From Longimicrobiales bacterium (lineage in GTDB: Bacteria > Gemmatimonadota > Gemmatimonadetes > Longimicrobiales > Gaopeijiaceae), in contig CBDCNQ010000004.1 of assembly GCA_965219445.1 (NCBI GenBank), positions 320,001 to 384,000 on the forward strand: a stretch of 64,000 bases of DNA, in the 5' to 3' direction. Below are positions 30,985 through 40,678 of this stretch, piece after piece. The notes below the pieces were generated by a model, which saw only the letters and a program-made list of their open reading frames with translations, had not been told where the DNA came from and searched no databases. Both the position numbers and the translations under genes were made by a program. Each line of letters starts with the position of its first letter. Position 1 is the first letter of the stretch.

Positions 30985-32295
30985 TCATGTGCATGTACTC
31001 ACGGATTGTTGGCGCATCGGCGAGCTGGCGGTCGCACGGTCGTCGGGCGGGCCGAGGGTACGCCTGAGAACGAGACCGAGCATCACGCCCCCGAAAGCCG
31101 CCAGAATCTCCGCTACGGCCATATCCGTCAGGGGTCCCGTGGCCGCAGCTGTCGCCATGCCTGAAACAGCTAGAAAAAGTGCTCCCGTCGCCCATCCGAG
31201 TCCTGGCGCCCACCATCCCGCCAAGATGAGAGGCCCCGCGACCCAGGTGAGACTGAGCGTGGAATCGACCCATGGAGCCGTATGCTCCGGATGGATGAGC
31301 AGGGCCCAACCTTCTCCCGGTGTATGCCGGAGCGCCGCATATTCGTACTCGTCCAGCCAGAGGGAGTATCCCTCCACGGCATTCTCCGCGCGAAGCCTGA
31401 TCGTGTCACCGGGCCGAGTAGCTGCGAAGGCTTGTCGAACCCGTAGGTCCGGACGGTCCAACCGGAGCTCGTTCGCCCGGTATCGCACGCGGAGGACGAG
31501 GTCCGTGGCATCGGCCCCGAGGACCACCATCTCTACGCCGGACTCGTCGAAGATACTTACGATCGGGGCCAGAGCGGGGGGAGCGGGCCCGGCCACCGCT
31601 TGCACGTACAGAGGCGCTCCAGAGCGAAGCAAATCCACGGCAAGCTCGGGGTTCGACGTCCTCTCCGATCCCAAGAACATGGATCCCAACGAGGCCTCGA
31701 GCACCTGGCCCTCGTATGCCTCCAGGTACTGAAGGTCGGCCGTCCATTGTCCGTAGTAGATCGTGGCCGGGAAAGAGGGAGCCAGCAGGACTCCGGCCAT
31801 AAAGAGGAGCACCGCCGCCGCCGCTCCCGTGCCTACGGTCAGAGCCCCGGCCAGACGCCGGCTCGGCCAGAGCAACTGCTTTGCCATCGCGCCGATACCG
31901 GCCCCGGCAGCCCCTCCGAGGGCGTTGTTTACCACGTCGCCCAGACCCGGGTACCGGCCTGGAATCATCCCCTGCAGCACCTCGATGAGAATCGAAAGCG
32001 CCACGGAGAGAGCTACCACCCGCATGGCGTTACCGGTAGCGGCCATCAGGGCGATTCCAAGAGGCAAGAAGAGAAGTAGATTGAGAATCCCGTCGGCGCC
32101 GCCCCTCTCACCGCAGATGAGGCAGAAGATCGACGGGAGGTCCCTCGGCGAGCCCGTGATCGCCGAGCCGGGCATCAGTGTCAGAAGAAGGATCGGCCCG
32201 ACCCAGCCCAAGGCGAAGAGCTTGCCCCACCTCGGGGACGGGAGGCTAGGAAGCTCCTTTCGCCTTGACGAGGTTCGACTCGACAGTCTATTCAC
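30985..32295 (-). CDS. VanZ-family membrane protein
   Basis: 'NLLLFLPLG', 'IEVLQ..IPGR....DVVNNALGG'. Confidence 0.8.
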   Translation of the reverse strand: MNRLSSRTSSRRKELPSLPSPRWGKLFALGWVGPILLLTLMPGSAITGSPRDLPSIFCLICGERGGADGILNLLLFLPLGIALMAATGNAMRVVALSVALSILIEVLQGMIPGRYPGLGDVVNNALGGAAGAGIGAMAKQLLWPSRRLAGALTVGTGAAAAVLLFMAGVLLAPSFPATIYYGQWTADLQYLEAYEGQVLEASLGSMFLGSERTSNPELAVDLLRSGAPLYVQAVAGPAPPALAPIVSIFDESGVEMVVLGADATDLVLRVRYRANELRLDRPDLRVRQAFAATRPGDTIRLRAENAVEGYSLWLDEYEYAALRHTPGEGWALLIHPEHTAPWVDSTLSLTWVAGPLILAGWWAPGLGWATGALFLAVSGMATAAATGPLTDMAVAEILAAFGGVMLGLVLRRTLGPPDDRATASSPMRQQSVSTCT

Positions 32296-34008
32296 CTAAG
32301 TCTGCGCGTGCTCGGGGACCGGAAGCGTCGCCGCTGGCGGGGACGAGCTGACCTTGGCAAGCTCCCGCCGGGTTCTCTTGGCGTTCCACCCGAGCTCACT
32401 GCGCATCAGGTAGGCAGCCTCCTCGAGGGCGGGCCCGGGGAGCTTTCCTAGTCCAAGGTCCGTTCTGCGGTGGACGAGATCCTCCAGGCTCTGGGCCATC
32501 TCCATCCGGACCGCATGCACGACCTCGGCCCCGAGAACCCACGTCCCGGGCAAGGAAGCCCCAAGGCTCGGGTCCTTGTGAACGAGATCGAAGACCTCCC
32601 CATATCGGGTGCCATGGTCGTGGGCCAGGGCTCGTGCCTGGTCCCTCGTGAACCCCCAGGTCCGAGCGGCGTCGTGAACCTCTTCCACCAAGTTCTCGAG
32701 CGAACCGAGGTCACCCCCGTACACCGGTACTGCCAAGGTACGGGAGGGCGGTGCGTTCGTCCCGATTCTTTGGAACACATGATCCACGACGCTGAGAGCG
32801 TTAAGGCGGGCGGACCCCCATGTCACTCCCACCAAGGAAATAATTCCACGGGTTCCATGGACCTTGGAGTGATCGACAAGGCGTGCCTGAGTGGCGTCTC
32901 GCATACTCCGTGTTCCGCCCTTGTAGCGCTCGAGAAGCCCGAGCGCGGCGTTCCGCTGTACGACTTCACTCGGATGGAGACGCAGACCCGGATATCCCTC
33001 GTTAATGTCCGCGATGTAGGTCTCGACCTCCTCGTCGGTGACGTCGATCTCGTCCGGTGCACCAGCGTAAGCCCCGTGCCAATCTCCCAGGACCGTGTGA
33101 TCTCGCCAGGGTAGGACGAAGAGGTGGTGCTTGCTCCGACTGAGTGGCGTCCGTGAGTCGCGACTCTCGTCGAGCAGGGCCAGCCCGATCCTGTGGGTTG
33201 GGCGCCGATTCACTACGAACGAGAGCCGGCGTGAGAAGGAGAGAGGGGGATCGAGCGTGAGTCCTAAACCCTCCTCCAGGATGCGTGCCGCCCATGCCCC
33301 AGCCGTGTTCACCACCATTCGGCCCTGAATCACGAACGAGTCGGCACTCTGCGTGGCGCGAACCCCGACTCCGGTAACGGTGACGCCTTTTCGGACCACT
33401 CCCGTGGCTTCCAACCCATTTGCGGCCTGAGCGCCGGCGTCCACCGCTGAGCGTAGCAGGGCCAGCGCGAGGCGGGCTGAGTTGTGCATCTGGGCATCCG
33501 TGAAGATGGCGGCCCCCGTTAGGCCGGCCCCAGTCAAACCGGGAAACATCTCCAGAACCGCCTTGCGGCTCAGGGTTCTCGAGGGTGGAAGACGATGGGA
33601 TGGCTCGGTTATCCCATCGTTACGGTGGGTCGTCAAGAAATCATAGAGACCGAAACCGGCATGTAGAGCGGACTTTCCGTCCCGGCCTTGGCCGTAGGTG
33701 GGAACCGCGATAGGTACGGGAAACACGAGATGAGGAGCGTTCCTGAGGAGTGCGTTGCGCTCTGCCGACAGTGCCCGAAGTCGACCGAGATCGAGTCGCT
33801 GAAGGCAGCGCATTCCACCATGAATTAGACCCAAGGTGTGGCCACTACTGCCAGAGGCGAAGTCACCTTTTTCTACCAAGGCCACCGCGAGGCCCCGAAG
33901 CGCGGCGTCCCGTGCCACTGAGATTCCTGCAATGCCGCCCCCCACCACGATCAAATCGAACGTATGGGACGCCAACGCTTCAAGATCTCTCCTCACCTTA
34001 CTCCTCAA
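32296..34008 (-). CDS. FAD-dependent glycerol-3-phosphate dehydrogenase-like oxidoreductase
   Basis: 'DLIVVGGGIAG..ARDAALRGL.VALVEKGDFASGSS..LIHGG.R', C-terminal 'EMAQSLEDLVHRRT'. Confidence 0.85.
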   Translation of the reverse strand: MRSKVRRDLEALASHTFDLIVVGGGIAGISVARDAALRGLAVALVEKGDFASGSSGHTLGLIHGGMRCLQRLDLGRLRALSAERNALLRNAPHLVFPVPIAVPTYGQGRDGKSALHAGFGLYDFLTTHRNDGITEPSHRLPPSRTLSRKAVLEMFPGLTGAGLTGAAIFTDAQMHNSARLALALLRSAVDAGAQAANGLEATGVVRKGVTVTGVGVRATQSADSFVIQGRMVVNTAGAWAARILEEGLGLTLDPPLSFSRRLSFVVNRRPTHRIGLALLDESRDSRTPLSRSKHHLFVLPWRDHTVLGDWHGAYAGAPDEIDVTDEEVETYIADINEGYPGLRLHPSEVVQRNAALGLLERYKGGTRSMRDATQARLVDHSKVHGTRGIISLVGVTWGSARLNALSVVDHVFQRIGTNAPPSRTLAVPVYGGDLGSLENLVEEVHDAARTWGFTRDQARALAHDHGTRYGEVFDLVHKDPSLGASLPGTWVLGAEVVHAVRMEMAQSLEDLVHRRTDLGLGKLPGPALEEAAYLMRSELGWNAKRTRRELAKVSSSPPAATLPVPEHAQT

Positions 34009-34419
34009 GCGGCCTTGCAGCCTGTTTTGCCTTGGCTTCCGTCACCGGACCATCACCACGAGGGCCATGGCAACCATCGAGGTGAACTCCAACGCCAACA
34101 CGAATGCCAGCCCGACGTGTTCTCTTGCGAAGTCCGTGTACATTTTCGCTCTCCCGGTTGGGTGATTCATCCCCAGCCACGGTTTTGACCCCACCTGGGC
34201 GGGTTCCACACGTATTGCGACCATCGAACACCGTGCCCGTGAATTCTGCTTTCGTATCTCGATTTGAGACTACGAAGCACTTCAGAAACGTGGCACGGGC
34301 AAGATGCGGACCGCGTTGCCGGCCTGATCTTTGCTCCCCAAGTGTTTCCCGGACGCAGCAAACACACGGCAACTGTTGCAGGGAAACGACATAACGCTTG
34401 TGAACTCGTGAAGGGGCAG

Positions 34420-34435
34420 CGGCATGGCCCTTGCT
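34420..34435 (+). promoter_or_regulatory. sigma54 -24/-12 promoter
   Basis: CGGCATGGCCCTTGCT (GG-N10-GC) 44 bp upstream of the EPS operon start. Confidence 0.7.
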
Positions 34436-34479
34436 CTTCGGTGAATTCGCAGGTTTCGTAACGAAATGAGGACCGACGG

Positions 34480-36294
34480 ATGCTCGTGCTTGGTTTGGGG
34501 GATTACATTGACTGTGGAAGCGCCCTGCTCGACAACGGGAGGGTGGTGGCCGCGATCAATGACGAGAGGCTCGTGCGCAAGCCCTCCGTCCTCGGGATTC
34601 CTAGAGAGTCCATCCGGGAGGTTCTGGCGCTCGCCGGGGTCCGACCCGATGCGGTCCAAGCGGTAGCCGTGGGCACCATCAACAGGCGCCTGGTCGCAGG
34701 TTATACGGAGTTCTTGGGTGGATGGTTCGGGTCGAATGGGAAGCGGCTCGATCAGCGTGTCGTCGATGCGGTAACCCAGGTGAGTCATCGACGAGCGACA
34801 CGTACCTGGAGCCAGGCGGTCACATCGCTTCGGGGCATTCCTACCTTCAAGCACCGCCGCAATAAGCTGCGGCGCGTGCTGCGGAGGGAGTTTGGAATCA
34901 GGGCTCCGGTCCGCTTCGTCGACCACCACTACTGTCATGCGACCTCGGCGTACTTTACGAGCGACTTCGGGCCCGATGCGACCGTCTTCACCATCGACCA
35001 CGGCGCTGACGATGTGTCAGCGAAAGTGTTCGAGGTCACCGAGGGTCGGATGACGGAGATCAAGGCCGTGTCCAGTTTCGACTCACTCGGGGCGTTCTAT
35101 ACGTGCATCGCTGAACTCTGCGGCTTCGACCCGGGAAGGGATGAGCAGCAGGTCAGCGGGCTTTCGGCCCACGGACAACCGGCACATGTGGACCTTCTCG
35201 ACTCGCTGATCACTTTTGAGGACTCCGGATTCGTCAACAGACGTGGCATCCCCTTCGAGGCGGTGGTCGAGACGATTCGACGCGCCCTCCCGGAGGGATG
35301 GGAGAGAGCGGACCTGGCGGCCAGCCTCCAGGCGCACACTGAGCGACTGGTCGGGGAGTTCGTTCGGTTTTGGGTGGAGCAGACAGGACACCGAGACGTG
35401 GCCTTGGGGGGTGGAATCTTCGAAAACGCTCGACTCAACCAGAGGGTCCACGAGATCGACGAGGTGGAGCGTTGCTTCGTGCAACCTGGCATGTCGGATT
35501 CGGGCGTAGGGATCGGTGCGGCGTTGGCCGTCACCTACGAGCGTGTCCCGCGTCCGGCGGCCAATACTCGGGCCTTCGAGAGTGTGTACCTGGGGCGGGA
35601 GCATGGTGCGGAAGAGATGGAAACCGAGCTCGAACGGGCGGGGCTTCAGGTTGAGCGCCCGGAGGATCTGGAATCGGAGGTGGCGTGCCTGCTTTCGCAG
35701 GGAGCGCTGGTATCACGCTTCAGTGGCCGCATGGAGTGTGGGCCCCGCGCGCTGGGAAACCGGGTGGTGCTCTTTGAGCCCACAGATTCCTCGGTGAGCG
35801 AGGATCTGAATCGGCGGCTGGGCCGAAGCGGGTTCTCACCTTTCGGGCCCGTGGTGCTCGAGGAATACGCGAGTAAATGCTTCAACGGCCTCGAGGGGGC
35901 GGAACGGGCCGCACGTTTCATGACCATGACGTTTACGTGCACTCATTGGATGCGGGGGCACCTCCCTGGGGTCGTCCGCATCGACGGGACCGCTCGCCCC
36001 CAGATCGTTCGTCGGCAGGACAACCCCGGGTTGCACCGAATTCTCGAGGAGTACCACCGGCTTACAGGACTGCCAGCTCTCCTGAGCACCAGCTTCAACT
36101 TCCAAAGAGAGCCCACCGTCTGTACACCCGCTGACGCCGTTCGCCTGTTCGGCTTGGGTCACCTCGACTACTTGGCTCTGGGGCCCTTCCTGGTGGCGAA
36201 CCGGACATCGATCACGCTCCAGAGTCCCTCAGTCGGCTTCCCGAAGATGTCGGCGGGGGGGATGCCCGCATCGGCAGATTCCCACCCTGGGTAG
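34480..36294 (+). CDS. NodU/CmcH-family carbamoyltransferase (divergent motifs)
   Basis: 'AAINDERLVRK', 'DHHYCHA.SAY', 'GRME.GPRALGNR', 'DGTARPQ', 'TSFN'. Confidence 0.88.
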   Translation: MLVLGLGDYIDCGSALLDNGRVVAAINDERLVRKPSVLGIPRESIREVLALAGVRPDAVQAVAVGTINRRLVAGYTEFLGGWFGSNGKRLDQRVVDAVTQVSHRRATRTWSQAVTSLRGIPTFKHRRNKLRRVLRREFGIRAPVRFVDHHYCHATSAYFTSDFGPDATVFTIDHGADDVSAKVFEVTEGRMTEIKAVSSFDSLGAFYTCIAELCGFDPGRDEQQVSGLSAHGQPAHVDLLDSLITFEDSGFVNRRGIPFEAVVETIRRALPEGWERADLAASLQAHTERLVGEFVRFWVEQTGHRDVALGGGIFENARLNQRVHEIDEVERCFVQPGMSDSGVGIGAALAVTYERVPRPAANTRAFESVYLGREHGAEEMETELERAGLQVERPEDLESEVACLLSQGALVSRFSGRMECGPRALGNRVVLFEPTDSSVSEDLNRRLGRSGFSPFGPVVLEEYASKCFNGLEGAERAARFMTMTFTCTHWMRGHLPGVVRIDGTARPQIVRRQDNPGLHRILEEYHRLTGLPALLSTSFNFQREPTVCTPADAVRLFGLGHLDYLALGPFLVANRTSITLQSPSVGFPKMSAGGMPASADSHPG

Positions 36295-36322
36295 GCCTCA
36301 TGAGCATCGGAACGCGCAGGCG

Positions 36323-37180
36323 ATGGTAGCCCACCACTTCACGGTCGACGTCGAGGAGTACTTCCATTCCTCTGTCCTCGATCGGCTGATCCCGGAAGCG
36401 AGATGGGCAGAGCTGAATCGGCGGGCCCCCCTTTTGGTGCGGCGTCTACTGGACCGGATGGACGCCTTTGGTGTTCGCGGGACTTTCTTCATGCTCGGCT
36501 GGCTAGCTGGGTACGAGCCAGACCTGGTCAAGGAGATCGCCAAGCGGGGCCACGAAGTTGCCTCGCACGGTTGGGATCACAAGCGAATCACTCATCAAAG
36601 CCGGCAGTCGTTTCGGGACTCGGTCCGCCGCACGAAACACCTGCTCGAAGACCTGGTGGGACAAGACGTGCTCGGTTTTCGCGCACCCAGCTTCTCCATC
36701 GTACCCGGAACGGAATGGGCCCTCGACGTTCTGCTCGAGGAGGGTCATCGCTACGATTCGAGCCTGTTTCCAATCAAGCAGCACCCCAACTACGGGTACC
36801 CAGAGGGGGAGCGGGATCCGTACTGGATCACACGTCCGGCCGGCCGCATCGCTGAGATCCCTCCTGCGACGTTGCGACTCGCCGGAACGAATCTGCCCGC
36901 CGCGGGGGGTGCCTACTTTCGGCTGCTCCCGTACCCTTTGATTCGCGGTGCGCTACGCAGCGCACAGGACCGTAGGGTGCCGGGGACCTTCTTCATCCAC
37001 CCGTGGGAGCTCGATCAAGAGCTCCCCGCGCATGTCGTGCTTCCGCCACTGGTGCGGCTGCGCCTCTTCGGAGGGAGGGGTAAGGCTTGGTCCCGCCTCG
37101 ATCGGCTGCTCAGCGAGTTTCGCTTTGGTCCGATCTCGCATACGCTCGCCGCCATGGAATCCCAGGTGCTGGCCGGGTGA
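36323..37180 (+). CDS. Polysaccharide deacetylase (XrtA/PEP-CTERM-associated, DUF3473 type)
   Basis: 'FTVDVEEYF', 'HEVASHGWDH', 'GFRAPSFS', 'GGAYFRLLP', 'HPWELD'. Confidence 0.9.
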   Translation: MVAHHFTVDVEEYFHSSVLDRLIPEARWAELNRRAPLLVRRLLDRMDAFGVRGTFFMLGWLAGYEPDLVKEIAKRGHEVASHGWDHKRITHQSRQSFRDSVRRTKHLLEDLVGQDVLGFRAPSFSIVPGTEWALDVLLEEGHRYDSSLFPIKQHPNYGYPEGERDPYWITRPAGRIAEIPPATLRLAGTNLPAAGGAYFRLLPYPLIRGALRSAQDRRVPGTFFIHPWELDQELPAHVVLPPLVRLRLFGGRGKAWSRLDRLLSEFRFGPISHTLAAMESQVLAG

Positions 37181-37203
37181 GGCAGGTGGCGGTGGAGGCG
37201 ACC

Positions 37204-38229
37204 ATGCAGATCACCACTGAGGCCAGTGCGCCCGAGGATTGGGGCGGGATTCTGGATGGAGCCGAAGGAGCCACCTTTTGCCACCTCCCAGGTTGGCGGA
37301 GGATCATGGAAGAGATCATGGGCCACCAGTATCTTTTCTTGTCGGCTCGGTCGAATGCGGGGGAGCTGCTAGGCGGTCTGCCTCTGGTGCGTATGCGCAG
37401 CTCGATCTTCGGCCATCATCTGATGTCCCTTCCGTTCTTGAACTACGGTGGCCCATTGGGATCGAATACCGTGCGGACGGCGCTCGCCGAAGTCGCGCAA
37501 CAGTTGGCGCTTGACTCCGGTGCGGACCGTCTCGTGCTCCGTAATCGGACCCCCCTTTCCGTCGGTCTCGATCAAGGCCGAGACAAGGTCATGGTAAGGA
37601 TGGAACTGGGAGATGATGCGGAGTCTCTTTGGAAGAAGGGATTCTCCACCAAACTTCGAAACAAGATCCGAAGGCCCCAAAGGGATGGGATGACCTGTCG
37701 ATTCGGGCCGAGTGAACGCCAGGCCTACTACGAGGTTTTCGCCGAGAACATGCGTGACCTAGGAACGCCGGTCCATTCCCGTCGCCTGTTTGATGGGCTG
37801 GTCGAGGTCTTCCCGGAGGAAGTGATCTTCGGCGTGGTCTACCTCGGCGACGAACCGGTGGCAGGAGGCTGCGGGTTCTTGTGGGGCGGAGAGTTCGAGA
37901 TGACGTGGGCCTCGGCCCTGAAAAAATACAACCGCACGAGGCCTAACATGCTCCTGTATTGGTCTTTCATGGAGGAGGCGATAGGGAGAGGAGCGGCCAT
38001 TTTCAACTTCGGGCGGTGCACTCCGGGTGGAGGGACGCACGTGTTCAAGCGCCAATGGGGTGGAGAGGACACTCCCCTGCCTTGGCTGGAGTGGCACCGG
38101 CATGGCTCGGGCGGACCATCGGCCGACTCGTGGGCGTACGGGACCGCCATACGTCTATGGAAGCACCTCCCACTTCCACTCGCGAATCGCGTCGGGCCGG
38201 TTTTGTCCCGGCGTATTCCTACCTTCTAG
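37204..38229 (+). CDS. FemAB-related GNAT protein (XrtA/PEP-CTERM-associated)
   Basis: 'SLPFLNYGG', 'NMRDLGTP', 'PNMLLYW', 'FNFGR', 'FKRQWG'; GGAGG RBS. Confidence 0.9.
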   Translation: MQITTEASAPEDWGGILDGAEGATFCHLPGWRRIMEEIMGHQYLFLSARSNAGELLGGLPLVRMRSSIFGHHLMSLPFLNYGGPLGSNTVRTALAEVAQQLALDSGADRLVLRNRTPLSVGLDQGRDKVMVRMELGDDAESLWKKGFSTKLRNKIRRPQRDGMTCRFGPSERQAYYEVFAENMRDLGTPVHSRRLFDGLVEVFPEEVIFGVVYLGDEPVAGGCGFLWGGEFEMTWASALKKYNRTRPNMLLYWSFMEEAIGRGAAIFNFGRCTPGGGTHVFKRQWGGEDTPLPWLEWHRHGSGGPSADSWAYGTAIRLWKHLPLPLANRVGPVLSRRIPTF

Positions 38230-38239
38230 CTTGTATTCC

Positions 38240-39092
38240 GTGGGGAGTCGGGGTGCTCGTGATCTACACGGTGTTCAATGTTGGCTATCTGGGGATGAAC
38301 GCGGTGGCAAACCCGGATAGGCGCCTTCAAACCGTGCGCGAATGGGTTGTGAGCAACACCGAGCCCTCGGACCGAATAGGCGCAGCGAGCTATTTTTCCG
38401 TGGATCTGGGGATCTCGACGCACGTCCAGGCAGGCCGGGCGCTCGTGCAGGCGGCCTGCCTGGCATCGCTGTACTGTCCGGACCTCATCGTCGAGAGAAT
38501 GGTCTTCGGTGAGTCTTATCGGTTGCTCTATCTGGACGGAGAGTTCCTGCACGCGGTGCGGCGGCGCGGCGCTCACGTCGTCGGCGATGGCGCCACCGAC
38601 ATTCGGGGGCTTTTAAAACAAGACGGCGTGTTTGGGCTCGAGCGGGACCGCAACTCGCTTCTCACGCTCCGTGCGCAGCGGCTCGAGCACGGATCCGTGC
38701 CGCTCGCCGGACGCGACGTGCTGGTACGCAGCCTTCCTGACGGTGTGCGCGGCACGCGGGAGCTTCGCACCGAGTACGACGAGGACGTGACCGAACTCAT
38801 CTGCGATTCGATCCGCCGCGAAGGCTCAAAGGTGGTGACGTCGATCGGAGTCCGTCTGGCTGGAGTGGATCTGATTCTTTGCGACCCGACCCTGCCCCTC
38901 GCCGAGGGTGGCGGAGTGTTCATCGAGGTCAACGGGACTCCTGGGATCCACCACCATTACATCGATGATGGGCGGGGCGTGCCCCTGGCCATCCCGGTGG
39001 TTGCACGAATGCTGGGATTGGAGTTCCCCGGGACGCCAATCCACTCCGACCGCCCTGTCCCGTGGGCATCATTGACCCCGAAGAGGAACTAG
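38240..39092 (+). pseudogene. Chimeric remnant: C-terminal half of a cyanophycin-synthetase-like ATP-grasp ligase
   Basis: 'IVER...G.SYRLL', 'VVGDG', 'DVT', 'LAGVDLI..D', 'IEVNGTPG'; N-terminal ATP-grasp lobe missing and replaced by an unrelated segment. Confidence 0.65.
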
Positions 39093-39093
39093 C

Positions 39094-39930
39094 ATGACCC
39101 CCCAGGACGATTCCGCCCCCACGGGCGAGCATCGCCCCGCAGACTATCTCCGGTCCATCGGTGTGCCCGATATCCCCCCCCGCCTCAGTGCGTTCGATCC
39201 GGGCGACGACCTGTTCACTCTCACGGGACACCTGGAGCAAAGCCGGCATCTGATTTCGACCCTCAAGGTCTCGATGGCCTGCTGGATGATCGCCGAGGAG
39301 GGGACGACTCGGCGGAAGGTCGAGGTGGCGAAGAGCTTCGGCATTCGCACCGTGACCGGGGGCGGACCCTTCGAGGTCGCGGTGGCCCAGCGTGAGCTAC
39401 CGGCCTACCTGGACCTCTGCGCGGACATCGGGTTCGATTGCATCGAAGCGGGGGAGGGCTTCACCGAGATGGGCATGGCCCCTGGCGAGGTCCTGTCGAT
39501 GGCGCGAGAGCGCGGGCTCGAGGTACAGTTCGAACTAGGCGAAAAGCACTCCGGCGCTTTTACAGAGGAGGTGGTCCAGGAGCTCCTCGACCAGGGGCAG
39601 CGGTGGCTGGACGCTGGCGCCATCGAACTTGTAGTGGAGGGCCGCGAGAGTGCCAAAGGCGTTGGACTCTTCGATAACGACGGCAACCTCAACGCGGGCT
39701 TCGCTGACCTCTTCGCGGCCAAGTTCGGCATGGAGCATCTCCTCTTCGAGGCCCCGAACAAGTCGAGCCAGTTTGCACTCCTGGATCATTTCGGGCGCGA
39801 GGTCCATCTGTGCAACGTGCGGCTGGAGGAGATCCTGCGTGTCGAGATCTATCGCCGCGGCTTGCACTCCGACGCTTTCCGTCGTGAGAATCTTCGTCCG
39901 AGGAAGGGGGCCGAGGGGCGGCCAGCCTGA
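39094..39930 (+). CDS. comA: Phosphosulfolactate synthase (ComA family)
   Basis: 'TGGGPFEVA', 'GFDCIE..EGF', 'ELGEK', 'VVEGRES', 'LFEAP.K..Q', 'NV..EE...VEIYRRGL..D'. Confidence 0.85.
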   Translation: MTPQDDSAPTGEHRPADYLRSIGVPDIPPRLSAFDPGDDLFTLTGHLEQSRHLISTLKVSMACWMIAEEGTTRRKVEVAKSFGIRTVTGGGPFEVAVAQRELPAYLDLCADIGFDCIEAGEGFTEMGMAPGEVLSMARERGLEVQFELGEKHSGAFTEEVVQELLDQGQRWLDAGAIELVVEGRESAKGVGLFDNDGNLNAGFADLFAAKFGMEHLLFEAPNKSSQFALLDHFGREVHLCNVRLEEILRVEIYRRGLHSDAFRRENLRPRKGAEGRPA

Positions 39931-39953
39931 CCTCCACGTGAGGAGTACCAGGA

Positions 39954-40670
39954 ATGTCGAAGACCGTCGTCATTGACTGCTTTCCGGAGAGCGCCCGCCA
40001 CTACTGCGAGGCCTACGCCATCGTGGCCATCGATGTGATCCGGGCCACGACCACGGCGATCACGGGCGTTCACCTCGGACGGCGCTGCTTCACGGTGCCG
40101 ACCATCGAGGCCGGCCTGCCTCTGGCAGCTCGCCTCTCCGATCCGCTCCTGGTGGGAGAGCTGGGGGGCAACATGCCTTACGGCTTTCACATGACGAACA
40201 GTCCCGCGCACATCGCCACGCGAGACTACGATATGATGCGGCCGATGATCCTGGTGTCGTCGGGGGGGACCCAACTGATCCACGGCGCCAGGAATGCGCC
40301 GGCGCTCTACCTCGCATGCCTTCGCAACTACAGCGCCACGGTCGACCACTTGGCCGAACGGCATCGGCGCATTGCCGTCCTCGGGGCGGGTACGCGCGGC
40401 GAGTTCCGCGAGGAAGATCAGATGTGCTGCGCTTGGGTCGCACGGGGGCTGATCGAACACGGCTACGCACCAGAGGACGAAAACACCCAAGAGATCGTCG
40501 AGCGTTGGCGCGACTCGCCCGTAGAGGCCTGCGCCGAGGGCAACAGTGCCGCTTACCTGCGAGACACCGGCCAGCTCGAGGATCTGGACTTCATCCTGCA
40601 GTACGTCGACGATCTAAACGCCGTATACATGGTCAAGCATGATGAGGTAGTCGAGATAACAACTACGTGA
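39954..40670 (+). CDS. comB: 2-phosphosulfolactate phosphatase (ComB family)
   Basis: 'VAIDVIRATTT', 'GE.GG...GF...NSP', 'SSGGT', 'ACLRN', 'ED..CA'. Confidence 0.88.
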   Translation: MSKTVVIDCFPESARHYCEAYAIVAIDVIRATTTAITGVHLGRRCFTVPTIEAGLPLAARLSDPLLVGELGGNMPYGFHMTNSPAHIATRDYDMMRPMILVSSGGTQLIHGARNAPALYLACLRNYSATVDHLAERHRRIAVLGAGTRGEFREEDQMCCAWVARGLIEHGYAPEDENTQEIVERWRDSPVEACAEGNSAAYLRDTGQLEDLDFILQYVDDLNAVYMVKHDEVVEITTT

Positions 40671-40678
40671 TACCGCCC

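Noticed and set aside
39094..40670. Coenzyme M biosynthesis
   Set aside because: No comC/comDE or CoM-using genes in the window; context is polysaccharide synthesis
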